Translations under genes and position numbers: made by a program
The notes under the pieces: model-generated
Seen by the model: the letters and a program-made list of their open reading frames with translations, nothing else
Told to the model about the DNA's origin: nothing
Databases searched by the model: none
Assembly (NCBI GenBank): GCA_034722435.1
Contig: JAYENX010000056.1
Location: 9,181-59,327 of the forward strand
Origin: Nanobdellota archaeon
GTDB taxonomy: Archaea; Nanobdellota; Nanobdellia; Woesearchaeales; JAHWHD01
DNA length: 50,147 nucleotides
Reading direction: 5' to 3'
In this document: one piece after another, positions 1-9,626 of the stretch
Numbering within the stretch: the first letter of the stretch is position 1
Layout: each line of letters begins with the position of its first letter

Positions 1-491
1 AAAAGTCCTGTTGAGAGTTTACTTCTACCATCTACAGCAATAAAATAATAAAAGTTGTCATCATAAGCAAACGCGCTTCGAGGGTTTTTTGAGGCGTTGA
101 TGTAGCAATCGAATAGATGCTCATTCCCCTTAAAATATGTAAAATCATAATTTGGAATTGAATCTTTCAAAAGTAATGGACCAGTCTGTAAAAAACTATT
201 TAGAGGTTTTTCAGAGATGGAAATAGAATCATCAGAAAAATTGATAACTGGTAATCCTGAAATGAAAGGAGATTCGTGTTCAGAGTTTTTGAAACCAAGA
301 AAAGGTTTGAGAGTGTCGATATTAAAAAAACCTGCATTGATACCAAAAATCGAGTCATGTTTAGCAACAGAATTGGTAAGTTTATCTTTTACAAGAACAA
401 GTTTAAGTTTGACAGAATCTTTTTTAACTTTAAGAACATGAATTATGGATTCTTTAAATGAATGTTCAGTATATGAAATATTTTCAATCAT
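1..491 (-). CDS. Phosphodiester glycosidase family protein (NAGPA-like), running off the window edge; not in ORF track
   Basis: Manual translation from the ATG at 491 is open to base 1: MIENISY...GINAGFF...QTGPLLL...NPRSAFAY...IAVDGRSKLSTG, matching NAGPA-family motifs. Confidence 0.8.
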   Translation of the reverse strand, partial: MIENISYTEHSFKESIIHVLKVKKDSVKLKLVLVKDKLTNSVAKHDSIFGINAGFFNIDTLKPFLGFKNSEHESPFISGLPVINFSDDSISISEKPLNSFLQTGPLLLKDSIPNYDFTYFKGNEHLFDCYINASKNPRSAFAYDDNFYYFIAVDGRSKLSTGL

Positions 492-500
492 TTTATGTGT

Positions 501-1652
501 TTATATATTTTTAACAAGGTGCACAAATCTTTTCGCAACACCTTCCCAGGAATACCCCGATCTTATAGAATAGGAATACTCTTTAAATGTTTGGGTGTCT
601 AGACAAAGAGCTTTATCAATTGAAGATTTTAAGTTATCAACAGAAGAATTGTTAAGACTGAAAACTTCGCCGCCATTAGGAGGGTCTATTAATTGTTTTA
701 AGATTCCTACATCGCTAGCCACAACAGGTGTACCGGATGCAATCGCTTCAAGCACAACCAATCCAAAAGATTCGTATGTTGAAGGCAGTACAAAGACGTC
801 TGCAGCAGACATTAACTGGGCCAATTCTTTCTGAGGTAATGCAGATATGAAATGTACATCTTTGTCACGCGCATAGGAAGATAAATCTCCAGACCTTGAA
901 CCTGAACCTACAATAACAAGTTGTTTATCTGACGAGAATTCAGTGTCGAAAGCGTCAACTAAAACATCAAGATTTTTTTCAGTAGTCAAACGTCCTGCGA
1001 AAAGAATCATCTTTTTATCAGGATTAAGAGAATATAATTGTTTGATCTTGGTTAAAGTATCATAAGGATGAAAAATATCCGTATCAATACCTCCTGAAAG
1101 CACTTCAACATCGCACCTTAAAACGTGTTGAAACATATCAAGAGCCATATCTTTCTGCTTTTCGCTCATTACAAGAACTTTTTTGCTTAAAGAAAGACCA
1201 TCATATACATCTTGCTTGATATATTCAGGAACGTGTTTGAAAGCTAACATCTCTGTACCGTGTAAATATGATACAACCGGCTGCTTTTTTCCTAGAATCT
1301 TAGCAATCGCGAATCCGTGATGAACAATCGCGAGGTCTTTAGGTTCAGATGCAAGTGCTTTGCTAAGATTGTTATAATATTCCCAGTATTCGGGTTGAGA
1401 AAGGTCAGCAAACCTTTTACCTGAACTTTTAGGGTGACTAAACAGTACTGGAAAAGTTCCATCAATATAAAGTCCTGAAGAATAGTCGCCAATAGCCCAT
1501 AATTTAGTGTTTGCATTCCTTGCAAGGTTCTCGGCAACAGTATAACTACCATTACCTTTTGGAAAATGTAAGTATTGTTTCATTTTAGAAGCATTATTGT
1601 GGGCCAAATAGTTCTTTAAATCTTTTTTGATAGTATAGAATTTTATTTTCAA
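501..1652 (-). CDS. Glycosyltransferase family 4 (GT-B)
   Basis: ILFAGRLTTEKN and DVFVLPSTYESFGLVVLEAIASGTPVVASDVG motifs; TTG start. Confidence 0.9.
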   Translation of the reverse strand: MKIKFYTIKKDLKNYLAHNNASKMKQYLHFPKGNGSYTVAENLARNANTKLWAIGDYSSGLYIDGTFPVLFSHPKSSGKRFADLSQPEYWEYYNNLSKALASEPKDLAIVHHGFAIAKILGKKQPVVSYLHGTEMLAFKHVPEYIKQDVYDGLSLSKKVLVMSEKQKDMALDMFQHVLRCDVEVLSGGIDTDIFHPYDTLTKIKQLYSLNPDKKMILFAGRLTTEKNLDVLVDAFDTEFSSDKQLVIVGSGSRSGDLSSYARDKDVHFISALPQKELAQLMSAADVFVLPSTYESFGLVVLEAIASGTPVVASDVGILKQLIDPPNGGEVFSLNNSSVDNLKSSIDKALCLDTQTFKEYSYSIRSGYSWEGVAKRFVHLVKNI

Positions 1653-1757
1653 TATAAACTTTTAAATTCAAAATTTAAAGTTTTAGTTATATAGTTTTCG
1701 AAAAGTTATTAAAAAGATTAAAAATAATCGAAAGGTTTATAAATGAGTTACGTGATA

Positions 1758-1786
1758 AATATATAAATATAGCGTAATCATTACGC
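1758..1786 (+). promoter_or_regulatory. TATA-like box plus perfect 7-1-7 palindrome upstream of tfb
   Basis: AATATATAAATA followed by GCGTAAT-C-ATTACGC (1772-1786). Confidence 0.45.
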
Positions 1787-1837
1787 AGTATAAGTAGGGG
1801 GTCAGATTATTATCATAATTCATATGTAGGTGGTATT

Positions 1838-2767
1838 ATGGCAAGTTTCGTTAAAAAATGTCCTGAATGTGGTGGTATAAACCTATTCTGGAATCGTGAA
1901 AAAGGAGAAGTTATCTGTAAAGATTGTGGTTTAGTTATCGAAGATAAGATGGTTGACTTTGGCCAAGAATGGCGAGAGTTTGAATCAGATGGTGCTGCTA
2001 AAAAAAGAAGAACTGGCGCACCTATGACATATACACAGTTTGATCAAGGTCTAGGTACCGAAGTTGGTCAAAAAGGCGATCTCTATAAATTAGGAAGTAA
2101 AAAAGATAGAAACAAATTCTTTAGATTAAGAAAATGGCAGTATAGAATTTCAACTGCTATTGAAAGGAATCTTAAACTAGCTCTTGCTGAACTGAAAAGG
2201 GTAAGTTCATATTTAAAACTGCCTAAAGCTGTTGAAGAGGAAGCTGCAAGGATTTATACTTTAGCTGTTCAACGTGGTCTTGTTAGAGGTAGAAGCATGG
2301 AATCAGTTGTAGCAGGTGCACTTTATGCAGCTTGTAGACGTCACGAAGTTCCTAGAACTCTTGATGAGTTATCCGAAGCTTCAGGTATTGAAAAGAAAGA
2401 GATTGGTAGAACTTATAGATTTGTAACAAGAGAGTTAGGTATTTCGATATTGCCTTCAAACCCTGCAGATTATATACCAAGGTTTAGTTCTGCATTAAAG
2501 TTAAGTGCAGAGACTCAAAGTCGAGCTATCGAAATTTTAGAAGCTGCACAGAAAGCTGAGCTTACATCTGGTAGAGGACCGACAGGTATAGCCGCGGCTG
2601 CTCTTTATGTTTCGGCGTTAATCCATGGCGAGAAAAGAACTCAACGTGAAGTAGCAGATGTTGCAGGTGTTACTGAAGTAACTATAAGGAACAGGTATAA
2701 AGAGTTGCTTGAAAAGCTTAAGCTCGAGAAAGAGATTAAGAAAACCAAGAAAAGAAAAAGAAAATAA
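1838..2767 (+). CDS. tfb: Transcription initiation factor IIB
   Basis: Zn ribbon CPECG...CKDCG, B-reader GQEWREF, cyclin repeats RGRSMESVVA and TQREVADVAGVTEVTIRNRY. Confidence 0.98.
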   Translation: MASFVKKCPECGGINLFWNREKGEVICKDCGLVIEDKMVDFGQEWREFESDGAAKKRRTGAPMTYTQFDQGLGTEVGQKGDLYKLGSKKDRNKFFRLRKWQYRISTAIERNLKLALAELKRVSSYLKLPKAVEEEAARIYTLAVQRGLVRGRSMESVVAGALYAACRRHEVPRTLDELSEASGIEKKEIGRTYRFVTRELGISILPSNPADYIPRFSSALKLSAETQSRAIEILEAAQKAELTSGRGPTGIAAAALYVSALIHGEKRTQREVADVAGVTEVTIRNRYKELLEKLKLEKEIKKTKKRKRK

Positions 2768-2796
2768 ATTTTTTATTTTTTCTAATAATTTTTATT

Positions 2797-3045
2797 CTAT
2801 TGTTTTAAAATCTTAGGAATGTTCTTGATAATGTACCAATGCAATGCTAAATGTATCACCATCAATCCTATAAATATAAAACCTGTCAAAGTATGCATTT
2901 TTGACCATGAGTGCAAGGTTAGACCTAAAACTTCTGTTCTACCCGGACTATCAGCAAAATGTAATACAAATGACGAGATTGCTACAGGTATAAAAATAAT
3001 AAACATAATAATGTCAACCATAATGTTTATTTTTAATTTATTCAT
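2797..3045 (-). CDS. DUF4405-like small membrane protein
   Basis: Two hydrophobic helices with W..MH and VIHLALHW histidines. Confidence 0.7.
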   Translation of the reverse strand: MNKLKINIMVDIIMFIIFIPVAISSFVLHFADSPGRTEVLGLTLHSWSKMHTLTGFIFIGLMVIHLALHWYIIKNIPKILKQ

Positions 3046-3049
3046 AGTA

Positions 3050-3406
3050 TCACCATTTTTTTAGTTCAGTATCTACTGTCTTAACCCAGTTATGTACAAT
3101 TTTCATGATAAGGTCACGTAAAGCTGGTTTAGGTTTTATTTTGTAAAGAAAAATATAACCGCCATTGTCAAGATTTTCTTGAGATCTGAGAACTACAGAT
3201 TTTTCGTAAAGTTTCTTAACTGAACGTTGAACAGTAGAAAGGCTCAATTCAAGACTTTCAGAAAGGTCGTCAGTAGTTAACCATTCATCTGCGTGGTCTA
3301 ACATATAATAAACTAGTTTAAAATCTGCTTTGGTCAAACCTAGACCGCATTTAATTACTTCTGTAAGTTGGAAACGTTTACATGCAAAATCTATCATTCT
3401 TATCAC
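3050..3406 (-). CDS. Winged-helix transcriptional regulator (TrmB/COG3355-like)
   Basis: LTTDDLSESLELSLSTVQRSVKKL HTH followed by GGYIFLY wing. Confidence 0.85.
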   Translation of the reverse strand: MIRMIDFACKRFQLTEVIKCGLGLTKADFKLVYYMLDHADEWLTTDDLSESLELSLSTVQRSVKKLYEKSVVLRSQENLDNGGYIFLYKIKPKPALRDLIMKIVHNWVKTVDTELKKW

Positions 3407-3445
3407 ACTCCATTCAGTTTTTCGAATATTTAATTGTATCGGTTT

Positions 3446-3634
3446 TTAATCTTTAACTCCTAAACGTCGAAGTATACTACTTAATAGACAAAAGTCTGTG
3501 AAAGCGTACTGGAAAAGGTTTAAACCAACGAACATGGTAAAAAAAAGCCAATAGGGTGAATGAAAATATCCAAGAACCGAGCTTATGAATACCATAAAGC
3601 CTATTAACATATTCAAATATTTTTGAAGGTTCAT
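3446..3634 (-). CDS. DUF2892 (YgaP-like) membrane protein
   Basis: Two TM helices ending VGLNLFQYAFTDFCLL. Confidence 0.8.
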   Translation of the reverse strand: MNLQKYLNMLIGFMVFISSVLGYFHSPYWLFFTMFVGLNLFQYAFTDFCLLSSILRRLGVKD

Positions 3635-4893
3635 TTTTTGTTCCTCCGTAGCACGATGAAAACTATAATAGCAATAATGAACGCGCCCAAGCCAAAATAA
3701 ATGAACATGTTAGGAGCTTTACCTTCAACAGTGTATTCAGCACGTCTATTATAAGTATAAATGTTGTCGTCACCTTCATCGCTATCGCCTTTAGATCTTA
3801 TCAAAAGTTTAAAGTTATAATCTTTGAACTCTGCATCAGAGTTAACATTTATGTCGAAAATAGCTAGACCTTCTTCTCCTGGTTCAAGCTCACCAATGTA
3901 ATCACTTCTTACATCTAAAGTGAAAGGTTGAGAATTTTCTTTCAAGATTCTTACGTCTACGGCTTCAGCGCTTTCAGCGCCCGTGTTCTTCACAGTAACA
4001 TAGAGTTTAGAAGAACTTCCTGCTAATCCTGTGCCTTCAGATTTGATAACTTCGATATAAGGTCGAGGTTTAACAAGAAAAGGTATAACCAAAGATTTTT
4101 GGTAACTGTTATCGTCTAAGTCCATGTAATCAAGACTGTAGTCAAGATCATAAACTTTATCAGATGCGGAATCTTCAACATCTACAAAAAAGATTACTTG
4201 TTTTTGTTCACCAGCGTTAACCCTGCCAATCCATAACCTATTGTTGTTAGTGTATGACGCTTCTAAGGAATCTGGCAAGTTTAGTTGAACTTCAACAGAT
4301 TTAGCATCTTTCTCTCCAACATTTTCAATGTTTGTTACAATCTTCACATAATTGTCGCCAGGTCGTACTTCAGAAGGAACTGTTTCAAGAGTTGTAATGT
4401 CGAGAATAATGCCTTCTTTCTTGACAGGCATCTTGAAACGTACATATTGTTCTGCTTGTTCAGGTTGGCCATTTAAGTACCATTTACCTATAAGCTTAAA
4501 CTCGTAGTTACCTGCAGGGGCGTCACTATTAATCTTAACCCTGAAACGTTTATTGTAATAATCTCCTGAAAAGATTGAACCGTGTAAATTGTCACCTTCT
4601 GCATCTTGAATAGTTACATATTTAGTTGTTAAAGTATCGTCAGGTTCAATCATAACTTTGAACTTATAATTCTCGTTACCTATCCTAGATTCTTCCTCTG
4701 CGATTATATCATGATGATATTGCATAACAATATCAATTTCGTCACCAGCAGCAATAATAGCAGGATCAAATTGTATGCTATCAAGTTTAAGTGCTGCACT
4801 TGCGTTTGAAACTAGCGACAGAAAGATTGTCACGGACAGTAATAAAGTAAACATGTGTTTTATATTTTTTAGATTTTCTATTGTTTTAACCAT
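3631..4893 (-). CDS. COG1361 S-layer-domain/CARDB protein
   Basis: Signal peptide, repeated N.G...A..V.V and LGEL.PGE Ig-like motifs, C-terminal TM anchor. Confidence 0.8.
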   Translation of the reverse strand: MVKTIENLKNIKHMFTLLLSVTIFLSLVSNASAALKLDSIQFDPAIIAAGDEIDIVMQYHHDIIAEEESRIGNENYKFKVMIEPDDTLTTKYVTIQDAEGDNLHGSIFSGDYYNKRFRVKINSDAPAGNYEFKLIGKWYLNGQPEQAEQYVRFKMPVKKEGIILDITTLETVPSEVRPGDNYVKIVTNIENVGEKDAKSVEVQLNLPDSLEASYTNNNRLWIGRVNAGEQKQVIFFVDVEDSASDKVYDLDYSLDYMDLDDNSYQKSLVIPFLVKPRPYIEVIKSEGTGLAGSSSKLYVTVKNTGAESAEAVDVRILKENSQPFTLDVRSDYIGELEPGEEGLAIFDINVNSDAEFKDYNFKLLIRSKGDSDEGDDNIYTYNRRAEYTVEGKAPNMFIYFGLGAFIIAIIVFIVLRRNKK

Positions 4894-6011
4894 TTTAATT
4901 TTCCTCCAAAAATTTGTTTTCCATCATATAAATAAATCAAGACAGGAAGTAGTACCACTGCGCCAACAAGTGTTGATAAGATGCCTATAGCGAGGACTAT
5001 CCCGAGAGTTTTCATTGCAGGAAGAACTCCAAAAAGTAAAGCAAGGAATCCTGCAACAGTTGTAAGAGAAGCTGCAATCATTGCACGTAAAAGTTCTCTC
5101 ATGATTTCTTTTAATGCGTTACGTGATGTACGAGACTTTCTTAATTCAAAGTAACCGTGAACAACATGGATACCGAAGTCGATACCTAGACCGAGAATCA
5201 TTGCTGCAGCAACCATTGTTACAACTGTGATTGTTAAGTTTAAGTAACCAATAATGCCCATTGTCCAAATTAAAGCGAACATTACAACAGTTAAAGGCAT
5301 AAAGCCCTTGATAAATGATTTAAATGTTAAAAGTACGACAATAGTTACAAGTAACATACTCAATAAAGTAATCTTTGTAAAATCCATCATCATAACTTCA
5401 AATGTTGCTTTATCAATCGCGTTAAAACCTGTTAATTGAATATTTGAACCAGGGTTAATAGTTTCTAAACTGTCAATATCCTCGTTAATTGAATCTATAA
5501 CTTTGGTGATTACTTCGGCAGATGCTCCTGTATCTGACCGTACCATGATAATAGAAAACTGGTAGTTAGGGTCAAAGTACTGTGATGATAAAGGGTTTAA
5601 TTTTATGATTTCTTTTGTCTGTAATGTTGAATCTGGCAAAATTCCTTGGTTTGATTGTTTTACAAGGTCAGCTGCATTGTTAACACTTACAATATTTTCG
5701 CGTAACCTTAACTTTTCTGATAAAATATCTATATAACCAAGAAAATTATGATTTCTTGCATCAAAAACTGGATTTTCAGTATGGACTAGTAAATATATCA
5801 TGTCCGCGCCAAACTGGCTACGCATATAGTTCATGGTTTGAATCTCTTGGATGTCCCCAGGTAAAACCTTTTCAAGTGATGGTTCAACATTATTAAAAAG
5901 TTTAAAAATTCCTGGAAGTAAAACAAGAGTTATAATTATAAATACTGCAATGTATAAATGTGGTTTTTTTATTTGAGAGTTTACAACTTTTTCTGCGAGA
6001 TTTTCAATCAT
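4878..6011 (-). CDS. MMPL/RND family transporter, half-size
   Basis: TM1, extracytoplasmic loop, then five TMs with LGLGIDFGIH. Confidence 0.9.
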   Translation of the reverse strand: MIENLAEKVVNSQIKKPHLYIAVFIIITLVLLPGIFKLFNNVEPSLEKVLPGDIQEIQTMNYMRSQFGADMIYLLVHTENPVFDARNHNFLGYIDILSEKLRLRENIVSVNNAADLVKQSNQGILPDSTLQTKEIIKLNPLSSQYFDPNYQFSIIMVRSDTGASAEVITKVIDSINEDIDSLETINPGSNIQLTGFNAIDKATFEVMMMDFTKITLLSMLLVTIVVLLTFKSFIKGFMPLTVVMFALIWTMGIIGYLNLTITVVTMVAAAMILGLGIDFGIHVVHGYFELRKSRTSRNALKEIMRELLRAMIAASLTTVAGFLALLFGVLPAMKTLGIVLAIGILSTLVGAVVLLPVLIYLYDGKQIFGGKLKWLKQ

Positions 6012-7333
6012 TTTTTTGTACCTCTGTACTTTTTAGGATCGTACTTCACTTTTGTTAAGGAATCTTTTTTGATAAGGACACGTTGACCTTTACGAAGATG
6101 TTTTACTTTTATCATACTATAACCTGCAGGACATTTTGCATGTTTTTCGGTTAGCATTAGTTCACCTTCAACACCAAAACGTAATAAAGGTTTAAGGAAC
6201 GCTATAATTCGTTCTTCAATAATTAATAAAGCGGGAAGACCGAACAACGAAAAGATAAGTGCGTACGTAATACCGATTGCCATAAGTAAACCGAACCTGC
6301 CCATCTCAGGCATTGCACCAATAAGGAATGCTAAAAATGCTGAAATGGTGGTTAAAGAAGTTGCAGTCAACGCAGTACCAGTATCGACAACTGCTTGTTC
6401 AATTGCTTGTTTAATCGAGAGACCGTTTTTACGTTCGTACTTGAACTTGTTCATGATATGAATTGAAAAATCTATACCTATACCGATGACCATAGCAGCT
6501 ACACCTCCTGCTAAAGTTGAAATTGGTAATCCTACATACCCCATAGTACCATAAAGCCAGTTTACGCCAATAGTTACGACAATAATTGGAACCAAGGCAC
6601 TCGTAAAAGTTCCAAATATGATCATAGTAATAATGAATACAAAAAACATTGCAATTAATTGAGTATTTTTTCGGTCCATACTAATTAACGAACCAAGACG
6701 TTGTTGAATTACGGGTGTTCCAGTAAGTTTAATATCTACACTTGAAGGATGTCCTATACTTTCTATATGTTGTTTAATCTTTGTTGTTAAAAGGTTCATT
6801 CTAGAATCGTCAGCTGCAATGTCAGTAGTAAATAATATAGTAGTAGTGGTTAAATCAGAGTTAATGTATTCTGAGCTTAGAGTTTTAACCAATTCAGATT
6901 TTAAAATAGTATCATAATCATTATCACCATATAATGATTTTGCATTGTTAATTACATCTGCGAAAGAGTATGAACTTATAATATCAGGTTCTTGGTTAAT
7001 TAAAGTCTGAAGAGAGTTCACGTAATCATAAACTCGTTCATCTCTGATATCTAATACACCATCAGGATCTGTACTTTCAGGGTTCAGGTTTATTACTACT
7101 GCTATAATGTCTTGACCAAGATTGTTATCCCTAAGAGTATTGAAAGCTTTAATCTCTTCAATATCTTGTGGCATCATCTGTTCAAGCGAAGCAACAGTCC
7201 TTACCTGAGAAACTCCACCGTAAATTGCGAGAGTTAAAGTTAACAAAATAACCAAAGTCATGAACGGGTGTTCGACCTGGAAATGTGCAATCTTCCTTAA
7301 AAATTTATGATATATTCCTTTCATAGTTATCAC
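6008..7333 (-). CDS. MMPL/RND family transporter, half-size
   Basis: Same architecture with IGIGIDFSIH; 4-nt overlap with the next half. Confidence 0.9.
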   Translation of the reverse strand: MITMKGIYHKFLRKIAHFQVEHPFMTLVILLTLTLAIYGGVSQVRTVASLEQMMPQDIEEIKAFNTLRDNNLGQDIIAVVINLNPESTDPDGVLDIRDERVYDYVNSLQTLINQEPDIISSYSFADVINNAKSLYGDNDYDTILKSELVKTLSSEYINSDLTTTTILFTTDIAADDSRMNLLTTKIKQHIESIGHPSSVDIKLTGTPVIQQRLGSLISMDRKNTQLIAMFFVFIITMIIFGTFTSALVPIIVVTIGVNWLYGTMGYVGLPISTLAGGVAAMVIGIGIDFSIHIMNKFKYERKNGLSIKQAIEQAVVDTGTALTATSLTTISAFLAFLIGAMPEMGRFGLLMAIGITYALIFSLFGLPALLIIEERIIAFLKPLLRFGVEGELMLTEKHAKCPAGYSMIKVKHLRKGQRVLIKKDSLTKVKYDPKKYRGTKK

Positions 7334-7383
7334 TACAGTTATCTAAATAGTATATTTTACAGTAAATAAAAAGAAGAAAAAAA

Positions 7384-7695
7384 TTATATGTTTTCTAACT
7401 TTTCCTTTAGAACATCCTTAGGCATGCCACCGATAATCCTGTCAGTTTCTTTACCGTCTTTCAAGATTATGAAGCAAGGGATGCTCATTACTGCGAATTT
7501 TTGTGCAAGGTTCTGATTGTCTTGAGTATTTACTTTTGCGAACTTTATACCTTCAACCTCTGAACTCAGCTCTTCAAAAATAGGAGCCATCATTTGACAA
7601 GGTCCACACCAAGGCGCGAAAAAGTCAATAATAACAGTTCCTTTACTGGTTTCTTCTTCAAAATTTGTATCGTTTAATTCTAACATTCGTATCAC
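7384..7695 (-). CDS. trxA: Thioredoxin
   Basis: DFFAPWCGPCQMM active site; 103 aa. Confidence 0.97.
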   Translation of the reverse strand: MIRMLELNDTNFEEETSKGTVIIDFFAPWCGPCQMMAPIFEELSSEVEGIKFAKVNTQDNQNLAQKFAVMSIPCFIILKDGKETDRIIGGMPKDVLKEKLENI

Positions 7696-7915
7696 CTTTG
7701 TTTGTTTTAATAAAATTGGGCCACTTATGGCGAACGAGCGACATAGTTTTTCATAATTAAGTAACTAAATACACTCACAGTACTGTCAAAGCGCAGATGC
7801 AGTATATAAATGTATTCAGGTACTGAATAAAATGAAGAGAAAATTGCAGTTTACATGTGAATAAGAGTTAATTGTGTGATGAATAAGATGAATTATTAGT
7901 AAATTACAATTCTAT

Positions 7916-8611
7916 TCAAGATAAAAACTCTCTTACGAAATCAAGTTCTCTCGCGATATCTTCTAAAGTAGGTTTCCAGAGTTCTATAATGACTGGAACT
8001 CCAAGATTTTTAATCTTTTTCAGTTTAGCAATCTTTGTTTTTTTTGCTTTATGAAGTGGTTTGTGTTCGTATTTTGGTGACCCTACACTAAGATGGACAT
8101 ATTTAATTCTTTTTTTGAAATTTTTAAAGAAAGAATCAAACTGGTTATAAGTTTGAGCATGGGCAGTGTCAAGGACCATGCCAAAATCGGGAGCTTTTTT
8201 CTTAAAAAGCCATTTCATTTTCCAAAGATCAAAACGTTTATTTGCAGGAAGATTTTCATAACAAAAATTCCAATCATGTGCACGTATTGGTTGAGATGAA
8301 TTAACACAGTTTGGATGAAAAACAATATAATTTGAGTCTGTACCAGTATAAACAGCATGTAATTTTTCAAGAAGTTTCTGAGTTTGAGCTGTTTCAGCGT
8401 ATCTTGTGCAAGGTGCATGAATTGATCTAAACTTGAATGTTGAAAGCATCTCGAGATGTTCCTGGTGGAGTGATTGACTAAGAGAGTCTACATTTATCAA
8501 AGAAAGTTCAATAGCGTCAAAACCTAATTCATATATTTTAGTTATTGAATCGCCAATATTAGGAGAAGATCCATCATAAAAACATCCTGTTGCGAGTCCG
8601 ACAGTAACCAT
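7916..8611 (-). CDS. Xylose isomerase-like/AP endonuclease 2 TIM-barrel protein
   Basis: SIHAP, VFHP, CYEN, LDTAH, YVHLS, IIE metal-ligand pattern. Confidence 0.75.
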   Translation of the reverse strand: MVTVGLATGCFYDGSSPNIGDSITKIYELGFDAIELSLINVDSLSQSLHQEHLEMLSTFKFRSIHAPCTRYAETAQTQKLLEKLHAVYTGTDSNYIVFHPNCVNSSQPIRAHDWNFCYENLPANKRFDLWKMKWLFKKKAPDFGMVLDTAHAQTYNQFDSFFKNFKKRIKYVHLSVGSPKYEHKPLHKAKKTKIAKLKKIKNLGVPVIIELWKPTLEDIARELDFVREFLS

Positions 8612-8668
8612 AATTATGTAAAAAAGAGAGTAATATAAAAAGATTTAGAAATTATTTGAAATGCCGAT

Positions 8669-8980
8669 TTATGAATACATTCTAAAATATTCGTCTCGAG
8701 CAAGAAATCTCAACTTAAGAAGTTCTAAAGCAATAGTTGTCGGATCTCTTCTCCCATAGAACATATCAGGATTAGATTTAAAATCGTTAATAAACTCTCT
8801 CTCTTTTTTAAAATATATAGCATCAACATATAAGTTTTTTTCAAAATGGGATGAAGATGAAATCATCATTTCTGCAAGAAGTTTTTTGGCTTCACATACA
8901 TTTTTATCTATAACCTCATCTAGAGATTCGACTCCGAAAAAAACAATAGGTGCGCCTTGTTCTTTAATAATAGGAAGCAT
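8669..8980 (-). CDS. Hypothetical protein
   Basis: 103-aa ORF, no recognised motif. Confidence 0.5.
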   Translation of the reverse strand: MLPIIKEQGAPIVFFGVESLDEVIDKNVCEAKKLLAEMMISSSSHFEKNLYVDAIYFKKEREFINDFKSNPDMFYGRRDPTTIALELLKLRFLARDEYFRMYS

Positions 8981-9131
8981 AAGTGATTATGAGTGAAGAT
9001 AGAATAAAAAGGTTTAGTATATACCATTTAAAAAAAGATTGAAAAATATAAACAAAACCTTTAAAAAGAATTAAGTTTGCTTGCTGATTAGGTCTGTTGA
9101 GACCGAGAGTAATAATTGGAGGATGAGTTAA

Positions 9132-9590
9132 ATGGAAGGAAAAGTAAAATGGTACAATAGGAATAAAGGCTACGGCTTTATTGAAGGAGATGATGGTGAA
9201 GAATATTTTGTTCACTATACAGCTCTAAAAGAAACAGGATTTATACGTGAAAATGATCGCGTTGCTTTCGAAGCAGCTGAAGGCGAGAAAGGTAAACAAG
9301 CACAGAATGTAACCTTGCTACAAAAAGGTAGCGAGATTGCTGCAGGAGAGGCACCAGCTGAGGAAGCAGCTCCTGAAGAAGTTACTGCTGAAGAGCCTGC
9401 TCAAGAAGAAGCGCCAGCTGAAGAAGCAACTCCAGAGGAAGCTCCTGCTGAAGAACCTGCTCAAGAAGAAGCACCAGCTGAAGAAGCAACTCCAGAAGAA
9501 GCTCCTGCTGAAGAACCTGCACAGGAAGAAGCAACCCCAGAGGAAGCACCTGTAGAGGAAACTTCAGAAGAAGAGAAAAAAGAAGAATAA
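9132..9590 (+). CDS. csp: Cold-shock domain protein with acidic Ala/Glu/Pro repeat tail
   Basis: GKVKWYN..KGYGFI (RNP1) and YFVHY (RNP2); tail of EEAPAEE repeats. Confidence 0.95.
   Translation: MEGKVKWYNRNKGYGFIEGDDGEEYFVHYTALKETGFIRENDRVAFEAAEGEKGKQAQNVTLLQKGSEIAAGEAPAEEAAPEEVTAEEPAQEEAPAEEATPEEAPAEEPAQEEAPAEEATPEEAPAEEPAQEEATPEEAPVEETSEEEKKEE
9361..9540 (+). repeat. About three tandem 60-bp (20-aa) coding repeats
   Basis: Lines 9361, 9421 and 9481 align with a 60-nt period; the last two are near-identical. Confidence 0.9.
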
Positions 9591-9626
9591 ATTTCTTCTA
9601 TTTTTTATTTATTTTTTTAATATTAT

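Noticed and set aside
217-461. Two short plus-strand ORFs at the window start
   Set aside because: Antisense to the longer NAGPA-like gene on the minus strand
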